A program made the translations under genes and the position numbers. Below the pieces are notes generated by a model, which had not been told where the DNA came from, made no database searches, and saw only the letters and a list, made by a program, of their open reading frames with translations. 51,883 nucleotides of DNA from a virus, in IMG/VR virus record IMGVR_UViG_3300002026_000042, positions 1 through 51,883 of that record, one strand, 5' to 3'. This document shows positions 44,007-51,883 of the stretch, in pieces; position 1 is the first letter of the stretch, and each line of letters begins with the position of its first letter.

Positions 44007-47000
44007 TCAAAATCTAATTAAAGGAACACCCACGCTGCCCTTACGCTGGTAAGCCCCACGCGGGTGATCCCCATGCCTTTTCATTCTATCCACCATGAAC
44101 CCAAGCGACGTCTGCATCCCAAGGCTGCTCCTCCCGCCCGTAGCACTGCCACTAACGACGTTCATCCCACCATCCTTGGAATCGTTATAGCACGCCCAGA
44201 CCGCACGCGCAAGTGCGTCGCTTATGTCATCGTGAGCCCCAGCCCGATGCGGGGCACGAACAAGAACCCGATGCTTGTTCTTCATCTCCGCCTCCAGCGA
44301 CAATATCTCTGGAATCAGCACGGGGTCATCATAGAGAACCAGAAGCTCCTCGGCGTACATCCGCTTTAGCAACTGGTAGATGGAACTGTTCAGCAAATCG
44401 TTGAACTCCTTCATCTCCAGCATCCCCAGACCACAGGTTTTAAGCATTTCAGCAAGTGCATACCCGTTGTGCTGGTCAAACAACCCCTTCTTGAACGGGA
44501 ACCATTTGTGCGTTTCCTTGATCTCCCCGATCATATCCGCCATAGACAACAAGTCCTTGTCCGAGTACTTGCCGCACCCCGCATAGATCGACCTGTCCGA
44601 ATCCCAGACATCAGACGCCCCAGAGTACCAGACCTTCGAGTAGTCCAAGTACACCTTTCTGGTTTGCATATCCTTATGGACAACACACAAGGCTGTACCG
44701 TCGTTCTTGAAACCCAAGTCAATCCCAGCATAGTATTCGATGCCAGTCTGCCCACGGCGGGGTGCTGACGGTAGGGTGATACACTTCTTCATCTCGTTCT
44801 CATCCTCGACCCACGCCTTTACGGAGTCGGAGAACTCCGCCCCGTATTCGCACATGAAAGATGACCTGTCACGACGCTTGGCAGCAACCAGAATCTCCTT
44901 CGGCAAATCGGGATTCATCATTGCAGAGTACATCTTGAAGCTGAGGGTCACATCGGTTTCGTCAAACGACTGTATGAACCGCTCGTAGAATATCCCGAAC
45001 TTTGCATAGGGTGAAGAGATGCATATCACCTTCCCGTCATTCTGGAACGATGCGACAGACGGCGTTAGCGCACGATAGACTTCCTTACCGCTGAACCTGC
45101 CCGTGTTGTCTATGAAGAAGGCCATCTCGTCCATGATTACGACAATCGCGTTCTTACCACGGAGGGTGTTGGAGGAGCAGCCGCCAGACAGCATGATCAG
45201 TGACGGAATCGCCTTAGGCCCCAGAGCGATATCCGCATCCGTCTGGAAGTCAAAGTACGTTTGCGTCGAATGCACACCACGCCCCTGAAGGTATGGGCAC
45301 TGGATGGCAAGCGTCTTTGCCATGCCGAACACCGTGTCTGATTGATCATCCGCTGGGGCGACGTTTAGGATGTAGCACTTGGTGAAAGCTGGGAATCCAT
45401 AAGAAGCAGACGGGTCGCCCTTCTTGATCAGCTTGTACATCTCGTAATTCGACATACACGCAGAAAGGGTGGAGTTGTGAGAAACGACATCACCACCGAT
45501 AATGTGAGTGCCCGAAACCTCCACGTCAACCGTCAGTCTCTTTCCCACGCAATTCAACGACGACACCTCATCCCACATAACATCCGATGTTCCCATATTC
45601 ATCAAGAAATCGTCACATATTTTTTCCCCATACAACTGTACCTTTCTCCTGCTTGGAGCATAATTCCACCTTAACCTTCCCCTAGCCCCAACACCATGTT
45701 CCCCCACGACATCTGCCCCAGACAATCCTCTTTCCGACATAACTTTCTTTACGTATCTCCATATCCCTTTGGGAACAGAACCAAATTCACTTTTAGACAC
45801 CTCCCGTCTCCTGGCCGACTCAACAACCAAGTCAACCTCTTTCTCTTTTGAAAGAATACCAATATCATTCCGAAATTTTTCAAGACTGTCCGCCCGTGCA
45901 ATGCAAAGACTCCACGATTCAAATGACTTACCCCCACATGTGTTTTTCTTTTTATTCACAATGGAATGTATTCCATACTTAAGAAGCAAATGCCGCACCC
46001 CGTCTATCATCTTTCGCGACGCTGAACAATACCCGATATGCGCACTAGGACTGCCGCCATGTCCCGCCGCAACTTTCCCTTTCACGGTTGCCCACCCATC
46101 ACATCCAAAAAGACGAGACAAAAAAGCAGAAACCTCGACCCGTGATCCTCTCAAAATACAATCAGGGACTTCCTTTATTACAGCCTTTTTGCCAAAACAC
46201 CCCACACTCCGAAGCCACTCCTTGACTTCATTTTTCCGGCTCCCATATTGTTTGAATCGCCCAGATTCTTTTTGCACCTCATATCCAAGACGAAATGACT
46301 TAAGACCCTTCTTCCTCACAACGTATCCGGGAAACTCAAGAGCAATAAGTTTCTTCAAATCGCCCAACATCACTTCGCTTCCAGTAGTATATCCAACAGA
46401 ACATGTAGTCCCTCCATCGCCTTGGAAATGTCCCAGCAACGCCGCTCTTGCCACTCCGACTCCAGCCAGTCCAAATAACTCCGTACAAGCCGCAATCGCA
46501 ACCTTGTCTCCTACCATCAGGTTTTTCATTTCGACGAAATCAGGCTTATCCATGTCATCCCGCCATACCAGATAAGGATGATTCCAAGATGAGGTTTCCC
46601 TTATCCCCCGCTTCGTTACCAACTCACAACATTCAACTCGCCCATTATACTGCGCTTTTATTTGATCAGAAATAGATCGACGCAAGGTAACAGGATCGTA
46701 AGTACCTATTCCTATTTTTTCTCCATTTCCCAACCGATCACAAAGCTCACCGAATGTTATCGACCCAGCCGTCGTTGCAATCAGATCATCCTTATCCCGG
46801 CACTTGCCCGACCGACGACCGATAGACCATACCAACTCACGGAACAGCATGCCATCCGTCTCGTCCACGTTGCAACGCCCTTCGGCATACAACCACTTCA
46901 GGAAATCCGCCTCGTTGAACTCATACAAGATCCGCTCATTGGTTTCGTCTGGAACCTTGATCGTCTTGGAACCACGATCAAGTGGCAGACCGTACGCGCA

Positions 47001-47144
47001 CTTGACGCAGAACTTCTGGACAGGCTTGAGCTTGACCCGTAGCCCCCACGGAGCCTCGATGAATGTTATCGGGTCAACGTCTGCCGCCCCGCTTGACAGG
47101 AAGTCGCGGGCAATATCAGCAAACAACGAGTTTGAATCAGCCAT
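44007..47144 (-). CDS. terL: terminase large subunit interrupted by an intein in the Walker A P-loop
   Basis: Walker A split as SIGRRSGK/intein/STLSAC. Walker B NAIVVIMDEMAFF. RNase-H-like nuclease motifs YYAGIDLGFKNDGTALCVV and GAHDDISDALARAVW. Confidence 0.9.
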   Translation of the reverse strand: MADSNSLFADIARDFLSSGAADVDPITFIEAPWGLRVKLKPVQKFCVKCAYGLPLDRGSKTIKVPDETNERILYEFNEADFLKWLYAEGRCNVDETDGMLFRELVWSIGRRSGKCRDKDDLIATTAGSITFGELCDRLGNGEKIGIGTYDPVTLRRSISDQIKAQYNGRVECCELVTKRGIRETSSWNHPYLVWRDDMDKPDFVEMKNLMVGDKVAIAACTELFGLAGVGVARAALLGHFQGDGGTTCSVGYTTGSEVMLGDLKKLIALEFPGYVVRKKGLKSFRLGYEVQKESGRFKQYGSRKNEVKEWLRSVGCFGKKAVIKEVPDCILRGSRVEVSAFLSRLFGCDGWATVKGKVAAGHGGSPSAHIGYCSASRKMIDGVRHLLLKYGIHSIVNKKKNTCGGKSFESWSLCIARADSLEKFRNDIGILSKEKEVDLVVESARRREVSKSEFGSVPKGIWRYVKKVMSERGLSGADVVGEHGVGARGRLRWNYAPSRRKVQLYGEKICDDFLMNMGTSDVMWDEVSSLNCVGKRLTVDVEVSGTHIIGGDVVSHNSTLSACMSNYEMYKLIKKGDPSASYGFPAFTKCYILNVAPADDQSDTVFGMAKTLAIQCPYLQGRGVHSTQTYFDFQTDADIALGPKAIPSLIMLSGGCSSNTLRGKNAIVVIMDEMAFFIDNTGRFSGKEVYRALTPSVASFQNDGKVICISSPYAKFGIFYERFIQSFDETDVTLSFKMYSAMMNPDLPKEILVAAKRRDRSSFMCEYGAEFSDSVKAWVEDENEMKKCITLPSAPRRGQTGIEYYAGIDLGFKNDGTALCVVHKDMQTRKVYLDYSKVWYSGASDVWDSDRSIYAGCGKYSDKDLLSMADMIGEIKETHKWFPFKKGLFDQHNGYALAEMLKTCGLGMLEMKEFNDLLNSSIYQLLKRMYAEELLVLYDDPVLIPEILSLEAEMKNKHRVLVRAPHRAGAHDDISDALARAVWACYNDSKDGGMNVVSGSATGGRSSLGMQTSLGFMVDRMKRHGDHPRGAYQRKGSVGVPLIRF
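45474..46802 (-). mobile_element. terminase intein (443 aa) with LAGLIDADG homing endonuclease
   Basis: aa 115..557. Starts CRDKDDLIATTAGSITFGEL, has LAGLIDADG motifs LLGHFQGDGG and LSRLFGCDGW, and ends LTVDVEVSGTHIIGGDVVSHN followed by Ser. Confidence 0.85.
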
Positions 47145-47154
47145 ACCGCCCCTA

Positions 47155-47733
47155 TTATCCCACAGAGTTCGCCGCGTCCAGCAACCGTTCCTTCAAGTCC
47201 TTCTTCCAGTTCCCAGTCTTGTCAACGATGGCCCTGAAGAACAAGTCCTTCTGTTCCGCCGTAGACCCCATCAGGATAAGCGACTCGCTGGCCTTCTCCA
47301 TGAAATACCTGAAAACGATCTCCATGTTCGGCGAGTCTATGTCCAGCCCAGACTGCTTTTCTATGTCCCGCTTTGTCTGTACCGCCTTGATCGCCTTTTC
47401 CAGAACCTCCGCCCGCTTGAATGAAATGATACTCGCATCCCTCAAATCCCCGTTGTGCGTCGCAACAAGCTCGTTCCCCAGCAGGTGATCGGTTTCCTTG
47501 ACGACCTGCTCAATCAAGCCCGTGAGAAGCCCCGTGATACCCGTCTCACCAGCTTTCCGCAAAGCGGATACAAGCCCCTGCTGACCCCCGTAGTATTTCT
47601 TTACAAGCTGTTCCCGAAACTCAACGACGCTGCTAACAGGAACGGGCAACGACGTATCCTTCTGAATCACTGCAATAGAACCAGAGAAACCAGACGCCTC
47701 TTTGTCAACCTCGACAAACTCATCCGTTACCAT
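47155..47733 (-). CDS. possible small terminase subunit (192 aa)
   Basis: Positional call only: it lies immediately upstream of terL. Helical protein, no motif. Confidence 0.3.
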   Translation of the reverse strand: MVTDEFVEVDKEASGFSGSIAVIQKDTSLPVPVSSVVEFREQLVKKYYGGQQGLVSALRKAGETGITGLLTGLIEQVVKETDHLLGNELVATHNGDLRDASIISFKRAEVLEKAIKAVQTKRDIEKQSGLDIDSPNMEIVFRYFMEKASESLILMGSTAEQKDLFFRAIVDKTGNWKKDLKERLLDAANSVG

Positions 47734-48944
47734 TCCATCCCTCCGCCGCGTTGAACATCAAGCTCTCCATCTCGCTCCGCCTCCTCGTCCACGCAAACCT
47801 CGTCAACACCGTTCCACACTCCTGTAAGCTCGGGTGTCATGTCTATATCCTGAAAGGAATCAGCAGTCCCGAACTCAACCCCATTCATCTCCCCATACGG
47901 ATTGACATCAATCTGGCTCGGGACGACCTCCTCCGCGTCGATAGGAAGGGGGGCGACGTGGGTAGGTTCAACCGTCTGGATGTCCAGCGTCTTGCGCACA
48001 ACCTTCGGGTCATTCACCGTGATGTCTGGCCGACTAACCCCTACCGACATCGGAACCTGCGACTTGTCAACCATCTGCTCCAACTCAACATTCATCGGGG
48101 CGATAGCGATCCGCTCAACATCCTTGGACGCATCCACGGCCTTCTTGACCTGCGCCTTGCGATCAAGCCAGCGGAAAGCCATCATCACCTTGGCGGCATT
48201 TCTGCACTTCGCCTTCTTGATCTCTTTCGCCACCTTGCTTGGAAGCCCGACCGCCCCCTCCATGTTCATCAGGGTGTCGTCTGTCCACTTATCATCCAAG
48301 TCACCACGGGAGCCTACCAGCTCCAACGCCGTACTCGGACAGCGGCAATCCGTCCCCTGCTGGTACAACGACTCGTCTGCAAGGCAAGCATCCATACCGC
48401 ACGCCACGTCCTGAATCTCCACAGCAGCGAAACGGGAGGTGGGGGTATGCAGGGGGTCGCCGCAACGGCACCCGATGACCATTGATACAAACCGTTTATA
48501 CGGACTCTTTGCAGCAGACGCCATCGCGACCTTGCAGTTCTTGTACCCACGGGCATCAACTGCGACACGGCCAACAAGCCCGTCTAGTGACAACTGCTTG
48601 TCCACGGACGCCTGAATGCTCTTAGGCAGCTTGCCATACTTAACAGCTACCCGACGCTTGACCTCCGCCGCCGTCCGTCCCTGATTCATCAAGTCCCGCG
48701 CAAACAGGATGATAGGATCCCCTACGGGCACCTGCGACTCTGCGGGAAGGTTGCGATTCACGACGCCAGCAGGCGCATCCACAAAGATGTCCGCCGACCC
48801 GCCGCCCCACTCCATCTCCAGTTCGGGCTTGATGTTGTTCGGATTCTTAGACCCGACCTCCGCACCATCCTCAATCCCTTTTACAAGCCAGTCGTGATCA
48901 ACAATACCGCGCTGCGGCTCCGCGAGAACAGAGTCAAGATTCAT
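47727..48944 (-). CDS. hypothetical protein (405 aa) with central Cys cluster
   Basis: Long ORF. GCRCGDPLH...ACGMDAC...DCRCP cluster. Acidic C-terminus. Confidence 0.6.
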   Translation of the reverse strand: MNLDSVLAEPQRGIVDHDWLVKGIEDGAEVGSKNPNNIKPELEMEWGGGSADIFVDAPAGVVNRNLPAESQVPVGDPIILFARDLMNQGRTAAEVKRRVAVKYGKLPKSIQASVDKQLSLDGLVGRVAVDARGYKNCKVAMASAAKSPYKRFVSMVIGCRCGDPLHTPTSRFAAVEIQDVACGMDACLADESLYQQGTDCRCPSTALELVGSRGDLDDKWTDDTLMNMEGAVGLPSKVAKEIKKAKCRNAAKVMMAFRWLDRKAQVKKAVDASKDVERIAIAPMNVELEQMVDKSQVPMSVGVSRPDITVNDPKVVRKTLDIQTVEPTHVAPLPIDAEEVVPSQIDVNPYGEMNGVEFGTADSFQDIDMTPELTGVWNGVDEVCVDEEAERDGELDVQRGGGMEW

Positions 48945-49210
48945 TCCGTACCACCTTCCATCGCCTCCGTGACATCTTCTGCCGAAAGCACGTCGTTTTC
49001 AAACACAGGCTCAATCGACTTCTTGTCCTGCGACATCCGCCACAGGCACTTGGTTGTCTTGTGTACCAGCAGATCGTTACCCGCTGCCACGAACATAGTT
49101 GACGCACGAATGTTCCAAGGCATCTTCACGACTTTGCTCGGAGCCTTTAACGCCTGATCAATGCCTATCGAACTATGCCAGTCAAACGAATCAAATATGT
49201 CAGCACTCAT
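48941..49210 (-). CDS. hypothetical protein (89 aa)
   Basis: ATG at 49210 preceded by GGAGGG, after the upstream stop (49243). Confidence 0.5.
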   Translation of the reverse strand: MSADIFDSFDWHSSIGIDQALKAPSKVVKMPWNIRASTMFVAAGNDLLVHKTTKCLWRMSQDKKSIEPVFENDVLSAEDVTEAMEGGTE

Positions 49211-49242
49211 TTTACAACCCTCCATACAAACACGGGCAAATA

Positions 49243-49803
49243 TCAAGTTTTCTTAACAATCACCCTCGCCTTGTTCCCCTTGTACTCCCGACGGACAATG
49301 TTTAGGTTGCCGCAGATTATAGAGTAAAGTTCGTACAAAGGCCACATCTTTAGTGATTTCAGCTTTTTCAAACACCGCCTGAATACATACCTGACGTTGA
49401 CCTGCGACTTGCCGAGCAGCTTGGCGGCAAGCGTATAGGAGGAGGTGTAAAGCATCAGCGTCATCACCGCCGTCTCGTCCTCCGTGAAACGATCATCTCC
49501 CGCCTCCCTCCCCGCCAGATACTCCGCATACCGATCAAGCATCGGCTGTAAATAGAATATGAACTTCAGCCGTTTCCTTATCCTCTTTATGTCATAGCAC
49601 AAAGACGGCTGGCTGCGCCCCGTAATCGTCTGAACATCCTTCTGCTTCTTCCTTGAAACAAATATCAGAAAGAGGATGTCCTTGTCCTTGCTATTCAGAA
49701 ACCCGAAAACATTACCTAGAAGACTTATCTCGTCTTTGCCAAGGTATGGGATTGCCGACTCCTCATGCTTTCGCACCCTTATTTTTTCAGCGACATTGCC
49801 CAT
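49243..49803 (-). CDS. transcription regulator with two sigma-70 region-4-like HTH units (186 aa)
   Basis: ILFLIFVSRKKQKDVQTITGRSQPSLCYDIKRIRKRLK and AVMTLMLYTSSYTLAAKLLGKSQVNVRYVFRRCLKKLK both resemble the region-4 HTH. Confidence 0.45.
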   Translation of the reverse strand: MGNVAEKIRVRKHEESAIPYLGKDEISLLGNVFGFLNSKDKDILFLIFVSRKKQKDVQTITGRSQPSLCYDIKRIRKRLKFIFYLQPMLDRYAEYLAGREAGDDRFTEDETAVMTLMLYTSSYTLAAKLLGKSQVNVRYVFRRCLKKLKSLKMWPLYELYSIICGNLNIVRREYKGNKARVIVKKT

Positions 49804-49805
49804 AC

Positions 49806-50321
49806 TTACCCAATCACAGGGACCTTTAGTTTCTCATACACATTATACTGCCTGATGACTTTTGACAAAGCAACCTTTACGATTGCACTCCCGACATGAA
49901 ACCTGAAGAAAACGTCGCAGTCCCGTTCCCGCTTCTTTGTCACGACCCCTGTCAACCCGCCGAATGCCCCTTCAGTACTCTCCACAACATCCCCGACGTT
50001 TATATCCACGCACTCAATGGGAAGTGTGGACAGCACAAAGTTCGAGACTTCTTTGTCCACCATGAACATCGGCTTGTCCCCGACGGATGCGATACTATCA
50101 ACAGCCCCAGTCCGTAGGATCTTTGAATGTATGTCACGATTCCACCCTGAACACTTCAACAGGAAATAATACTCCCCCGTCCCATCCCGTTGCCCATCCC
50201 CGACAAACCGATGATCAACCCATACGTCCTTGGTAACGGAGCTGACGACAGACATGACCGCACCACGATCCCCATGCCTGAATGATTCTCGAACCGACAT
50301 ACAGACCCACGCTGGAAGCAT
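49806..50321 (-). CDS. NusG/RfaH-like protein (NGN-like N-terminus + KOW motif)
   Basis: GEYYFLLKCSGWNRD (NGN-like) and VGDVVESTEGAFGGLTGVVTKKRERDCDVFFRFHVGSAIVKVALSKV (KOW pattern). Start uncertain. Confidence 0.5.
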   Translation of the reverse strand: MLPAWVCMSVRESFRHGDRGAVMSVVSSVTKDVWVDHRFVGDGQRDGTGEYYFLLKCSGWNRDIHSKILRTGAVDSIASVGDKPMFMVDKEVSNFVLSTLPIECVDINVGDVVESTEGAFGGLTGVVTKKRERDCDVFFRFHVGSAIVKVALSKVIRQYNVYEKLKVPVIG

Positions 50322-50322
50322 A

Positions 50323-50760
50323 TCACCCCCGATTGAACAGGCCCTTGATCTTGGACAGCAAGCTGGAGTGTTTTCTTATGGATATTGACAGGTCAACAGA
50401 GCAGTTTTTCATAAGAACCCAGATAAGGACAGCCAGCTTAGGATACTCCTCCCCGCACCGCTCGGGTGATCTTAGGATTTCCTCGAACTCTTTTTTAACA
50501 CCATCACGGGTGTTCTTGCAATTAAAATATGAACACCGTCCCGCGATTTCATCCGTATCGCATACGAAAACCTGCCCCCTTGCCTTCTCCAGAACATCAG
50601 CACATTGGCAGAACCCCACGGTTCCCTTTTCCCGCAACCGCATACTCTGGTTGTACGTACAGTTTTTTGGACTCCTGCTCAAGAACTCCTTGAACCGCTT
50701 TGACAAGCACTTTGCCATGTGCTTCTCAAACATCTCTGCGATCTCACTTTCCCCGCGCAT
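50323..50760 (-). CDS. Cys-rich hypothetical protein (145 aa)
   Basis: ATG at 50760 lies 6 nt after GGAGG. Multiple Cys residues (CTYN, CQC, C..., CSYFNC). Confidence 0.55.
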   Translation of the reverse strand: MRGESEIAEMFEKHMAKCLSKRFKEFLSRSPKNCTYNQSMRLREKGTVGFCQCADVLEKARGQVFVCDTDEIAGRCSYFNCKNTRDGVKKEFEEILRSPERCGEEYPKLAVLIWVLMKNCSVDLSISIRKHSSLLSKIKGLFNRG

Positions 50761-51376
50761 CAAATGCCTCCAGTGCTGCGATCAGCTTCTTGAATGATGA
50801 CCAACCACCACAGCGTTCAACCTCTCCCGTTAGATTCACCCCGTTTAGGAAAGCCTCCTTCTGGCTGACCTTGCGCCCTAGCCGCTGGCACAGCACCATG
50901 TACCTGCGTATCGACTCCTCTATCGACATTGCAGCAGCCGTCTCTTTCAGCACCGAGAACCTACCCCAGCGAGTGACAATCATTCGTGTTGACGGGGCAA
51001 TTTCAGGATTAGCACGCCTGAACGCAAGATACTTGGCGAACGTCCAAAGCCCGAATTGGATTACCAGCTTTACCATGTATGCTGGATCATCGGGTGCCCT
51101 CCTCTCCCATAGGGGCTTGGACGGCCCGAACGCCTCCTCCTTCGCAATCCCCCACTGCTTGAACTCCTTGAGGTAATCAGAGAAGGTAGGATCGCCCACT
51201 TTGCGCCCACGCTCCACCATTGACTTGCTGGTGAAGTTGTTTTTACGCAAGTACTCGATAAGCTCGTCCCTCGTCCTTGCCCGACGACGATGCTTCTTGT
51301 ACTTTTTACGCCTCTTGACCAACGCTAGATTTGCGCGGGCAGCGTCCGACAGTTTCAGAACGTCCATAGGATTCAT
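50744..51376 (-). CDS. protein with two homing-endonuclease-associated-repeat-like units (210 aa)
   Basis: TRDELIEYLRKNNF...DPTFSDYLKEFKQWGIAKEEAF and SIEESIRRYMVLCQRLGRKVSQKEAF...VERCGGWSSFKKLIAALE resemble HEAR-type repeats. Motif-level call only. Confidence 0.35.
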   Translation of the reverse strand: MNPMDVLKLSDAARANLALVKRRKKYKKHRRRARTRDELIEYLRKNNFTSKSMVERGRKVGDPTFSDYLKEFKQWGIAKEEAFGPSKPLWERRAPDDPAYMVKLVIQFGLWTFAKYLAFRRANPEIAPSTRMIVTRWGRFSVLKETAAAMSIEESIRRYMVLCQRLGRKVSQKEAFLNGVNLTGEVERCGGWSSFKKLIAALEAFDARGK

Positions 51377-51377
51377 A

Positions 51378-51725
51378 TTAACCCAGCTTTTTCAGGACAG
51401 CGATTGTCTCTGGATCCGTCACCTCTGGCTCGATTGGCCTATCCGACGACAGGACAATGTCAATCCGATGCGACTGTTTCATTATGATTTGCAGGTTTCG
51501 GATGATCGCAACATACGGAACTGGGCCATGCAACAGGCAATTCACCGTCTGGTCTGCCGCACCTGCTTGTTCATTGTGAAGCCCGATGATTGCAACCATG
51601 ATCCGATTGGCATCCACGTCAATTGTCTCAACCGTAGGCTCCGACGAAACCTCCACCACCGCATCATACGTCTCCCCATGATGCTCGTGCAACTTGTTAG
51701 ATGCACACACAAAAAGCGTCATCAT
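51378..51725 (-). CDS. hypothetical protein (115 aa), first gene downstream of repeat copy A
   Basis: ATG at 51725 lies 7 nt after AAGGAG. The tracked upstream extension to 51803 runs into the repeat. A TATAGT hexamer lies about 45 nt upstream. Confidence 0.55.
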   Translation of the reverse strand: MMTLFVCASNKLHEHHGETYDAVVEVSSEPTVETIDVDANRIMVAIIGLHNEQAGAADQTVNCLLHGPVPYVAIIRNLQIIMKQSHRIDIVLSSDRPIEPEVTDPETIAVLKKLG

Positions 51726-51792
51726 CCTGATTCTCCTTTGTTTAATAATATCGCACACGCGCCATCCCGCTGATGACACTATACGCCAACAC

Positions 51793-51883
51793 CAACCGTT
51801 CAAGTTAAGTTATACAAACCTATACTTGTTTTGTCCTATGAGAAACGGTAAGTTTCTCATCTTGAACACCACAAAATTCATAG
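51793..51883. repeat. 5' part of repeat copy A plus 78-bp window-end overlap (51806..51883 = 1..78)
   Basis: 51806..51883 is identical to 1..78, which indicates a circular or terminally redundant assembly. The repeat homology with copy B starts at 51793 (CAACCGTTCAAGTTAAGTTA). Confidence 0.9.

Noticed and set aside
51726-51803. Upstream extension of the 51378..51803 ORF
   Set aside because: The extension runs into the repeat cassette and lacks an SD. An AAGGAG + ATG at 51725 gives a compact gene.
51806-51883. Apparent third copy of the repeat at the window end
   Set aside because: It is 100 percent identical to 1..78 and ends at the window edge. It is best explained as the circular-assembly overlap of copy A, not an independent copy.
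1-51883. CRISPR array or other multi-copy tandem repeats
   Set aside because: The only long repeat has two dispersed copies of 192 bp. I saw no regularly spaced short repeats.

Overview
The window appears to be a complete, circularly closed genome of a tailed dsDNA phage. The last 78 bp (51806..51883) repeat bases 1..78, so the unit length is 51,805 bp. Every credible gene lies on the minus strand in one co-directional array. Most have GGAGG-type Shine-Dalgarno sites, and many neighbours overlap at start/stop codons (ATGA, GTGA, TAATG).

Recognisable morphogenesis genes: large terminase (44007..47144) with an intein in its P-loop, portal (38708..42835) with two inteins, two very acidic scaffold-like proteins, a small decoration-like protein, and an HK97/encapsulin-like major capsid protein (20366..21229) followed by a strong intrinsic terminator.

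Between portal and capsid genes sits a run of unrelated enzyme and domain proteins: a 1260-aa HD + P-loop kinase protein, a class II CCA-adding enzyme with HD domain, a SprT-like metalloprotease, a ferritin-like multidomain protein, and WGR, WYL-like and polyvalent-protein-like domains. Many of them share an N-terminal MNKIAxELxRIAK helix and a recurrent SRKxAG motif. I interpret this as a candidate capsid-cargo or ejected-protein targeting system.

Other notable content:
- a full-length tmRNA (9577..9944) with its own promoter and terminator, abutted by a degenerate P4-type integrase remnant
- a radical SAM / two ParB-like / RlaP-like nucleotidyltransferase cluster
- an HTH-LAGLIDADG-methyltransferase fusion ORF
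- NusG-like and sigma-region-4-like regulators
- two 192-bp near-identical intergenic direct repeats carrying palindromes
- a 274-nt structured non-coding gap with group I intron hallmarks just inside the start of a 358-aa structural gene

By eye I found no replication genes, tape-measure protein, large tail fibre, or lysis genes. All domain calls rest on motif recognition in the supplied translations, not on database searches.
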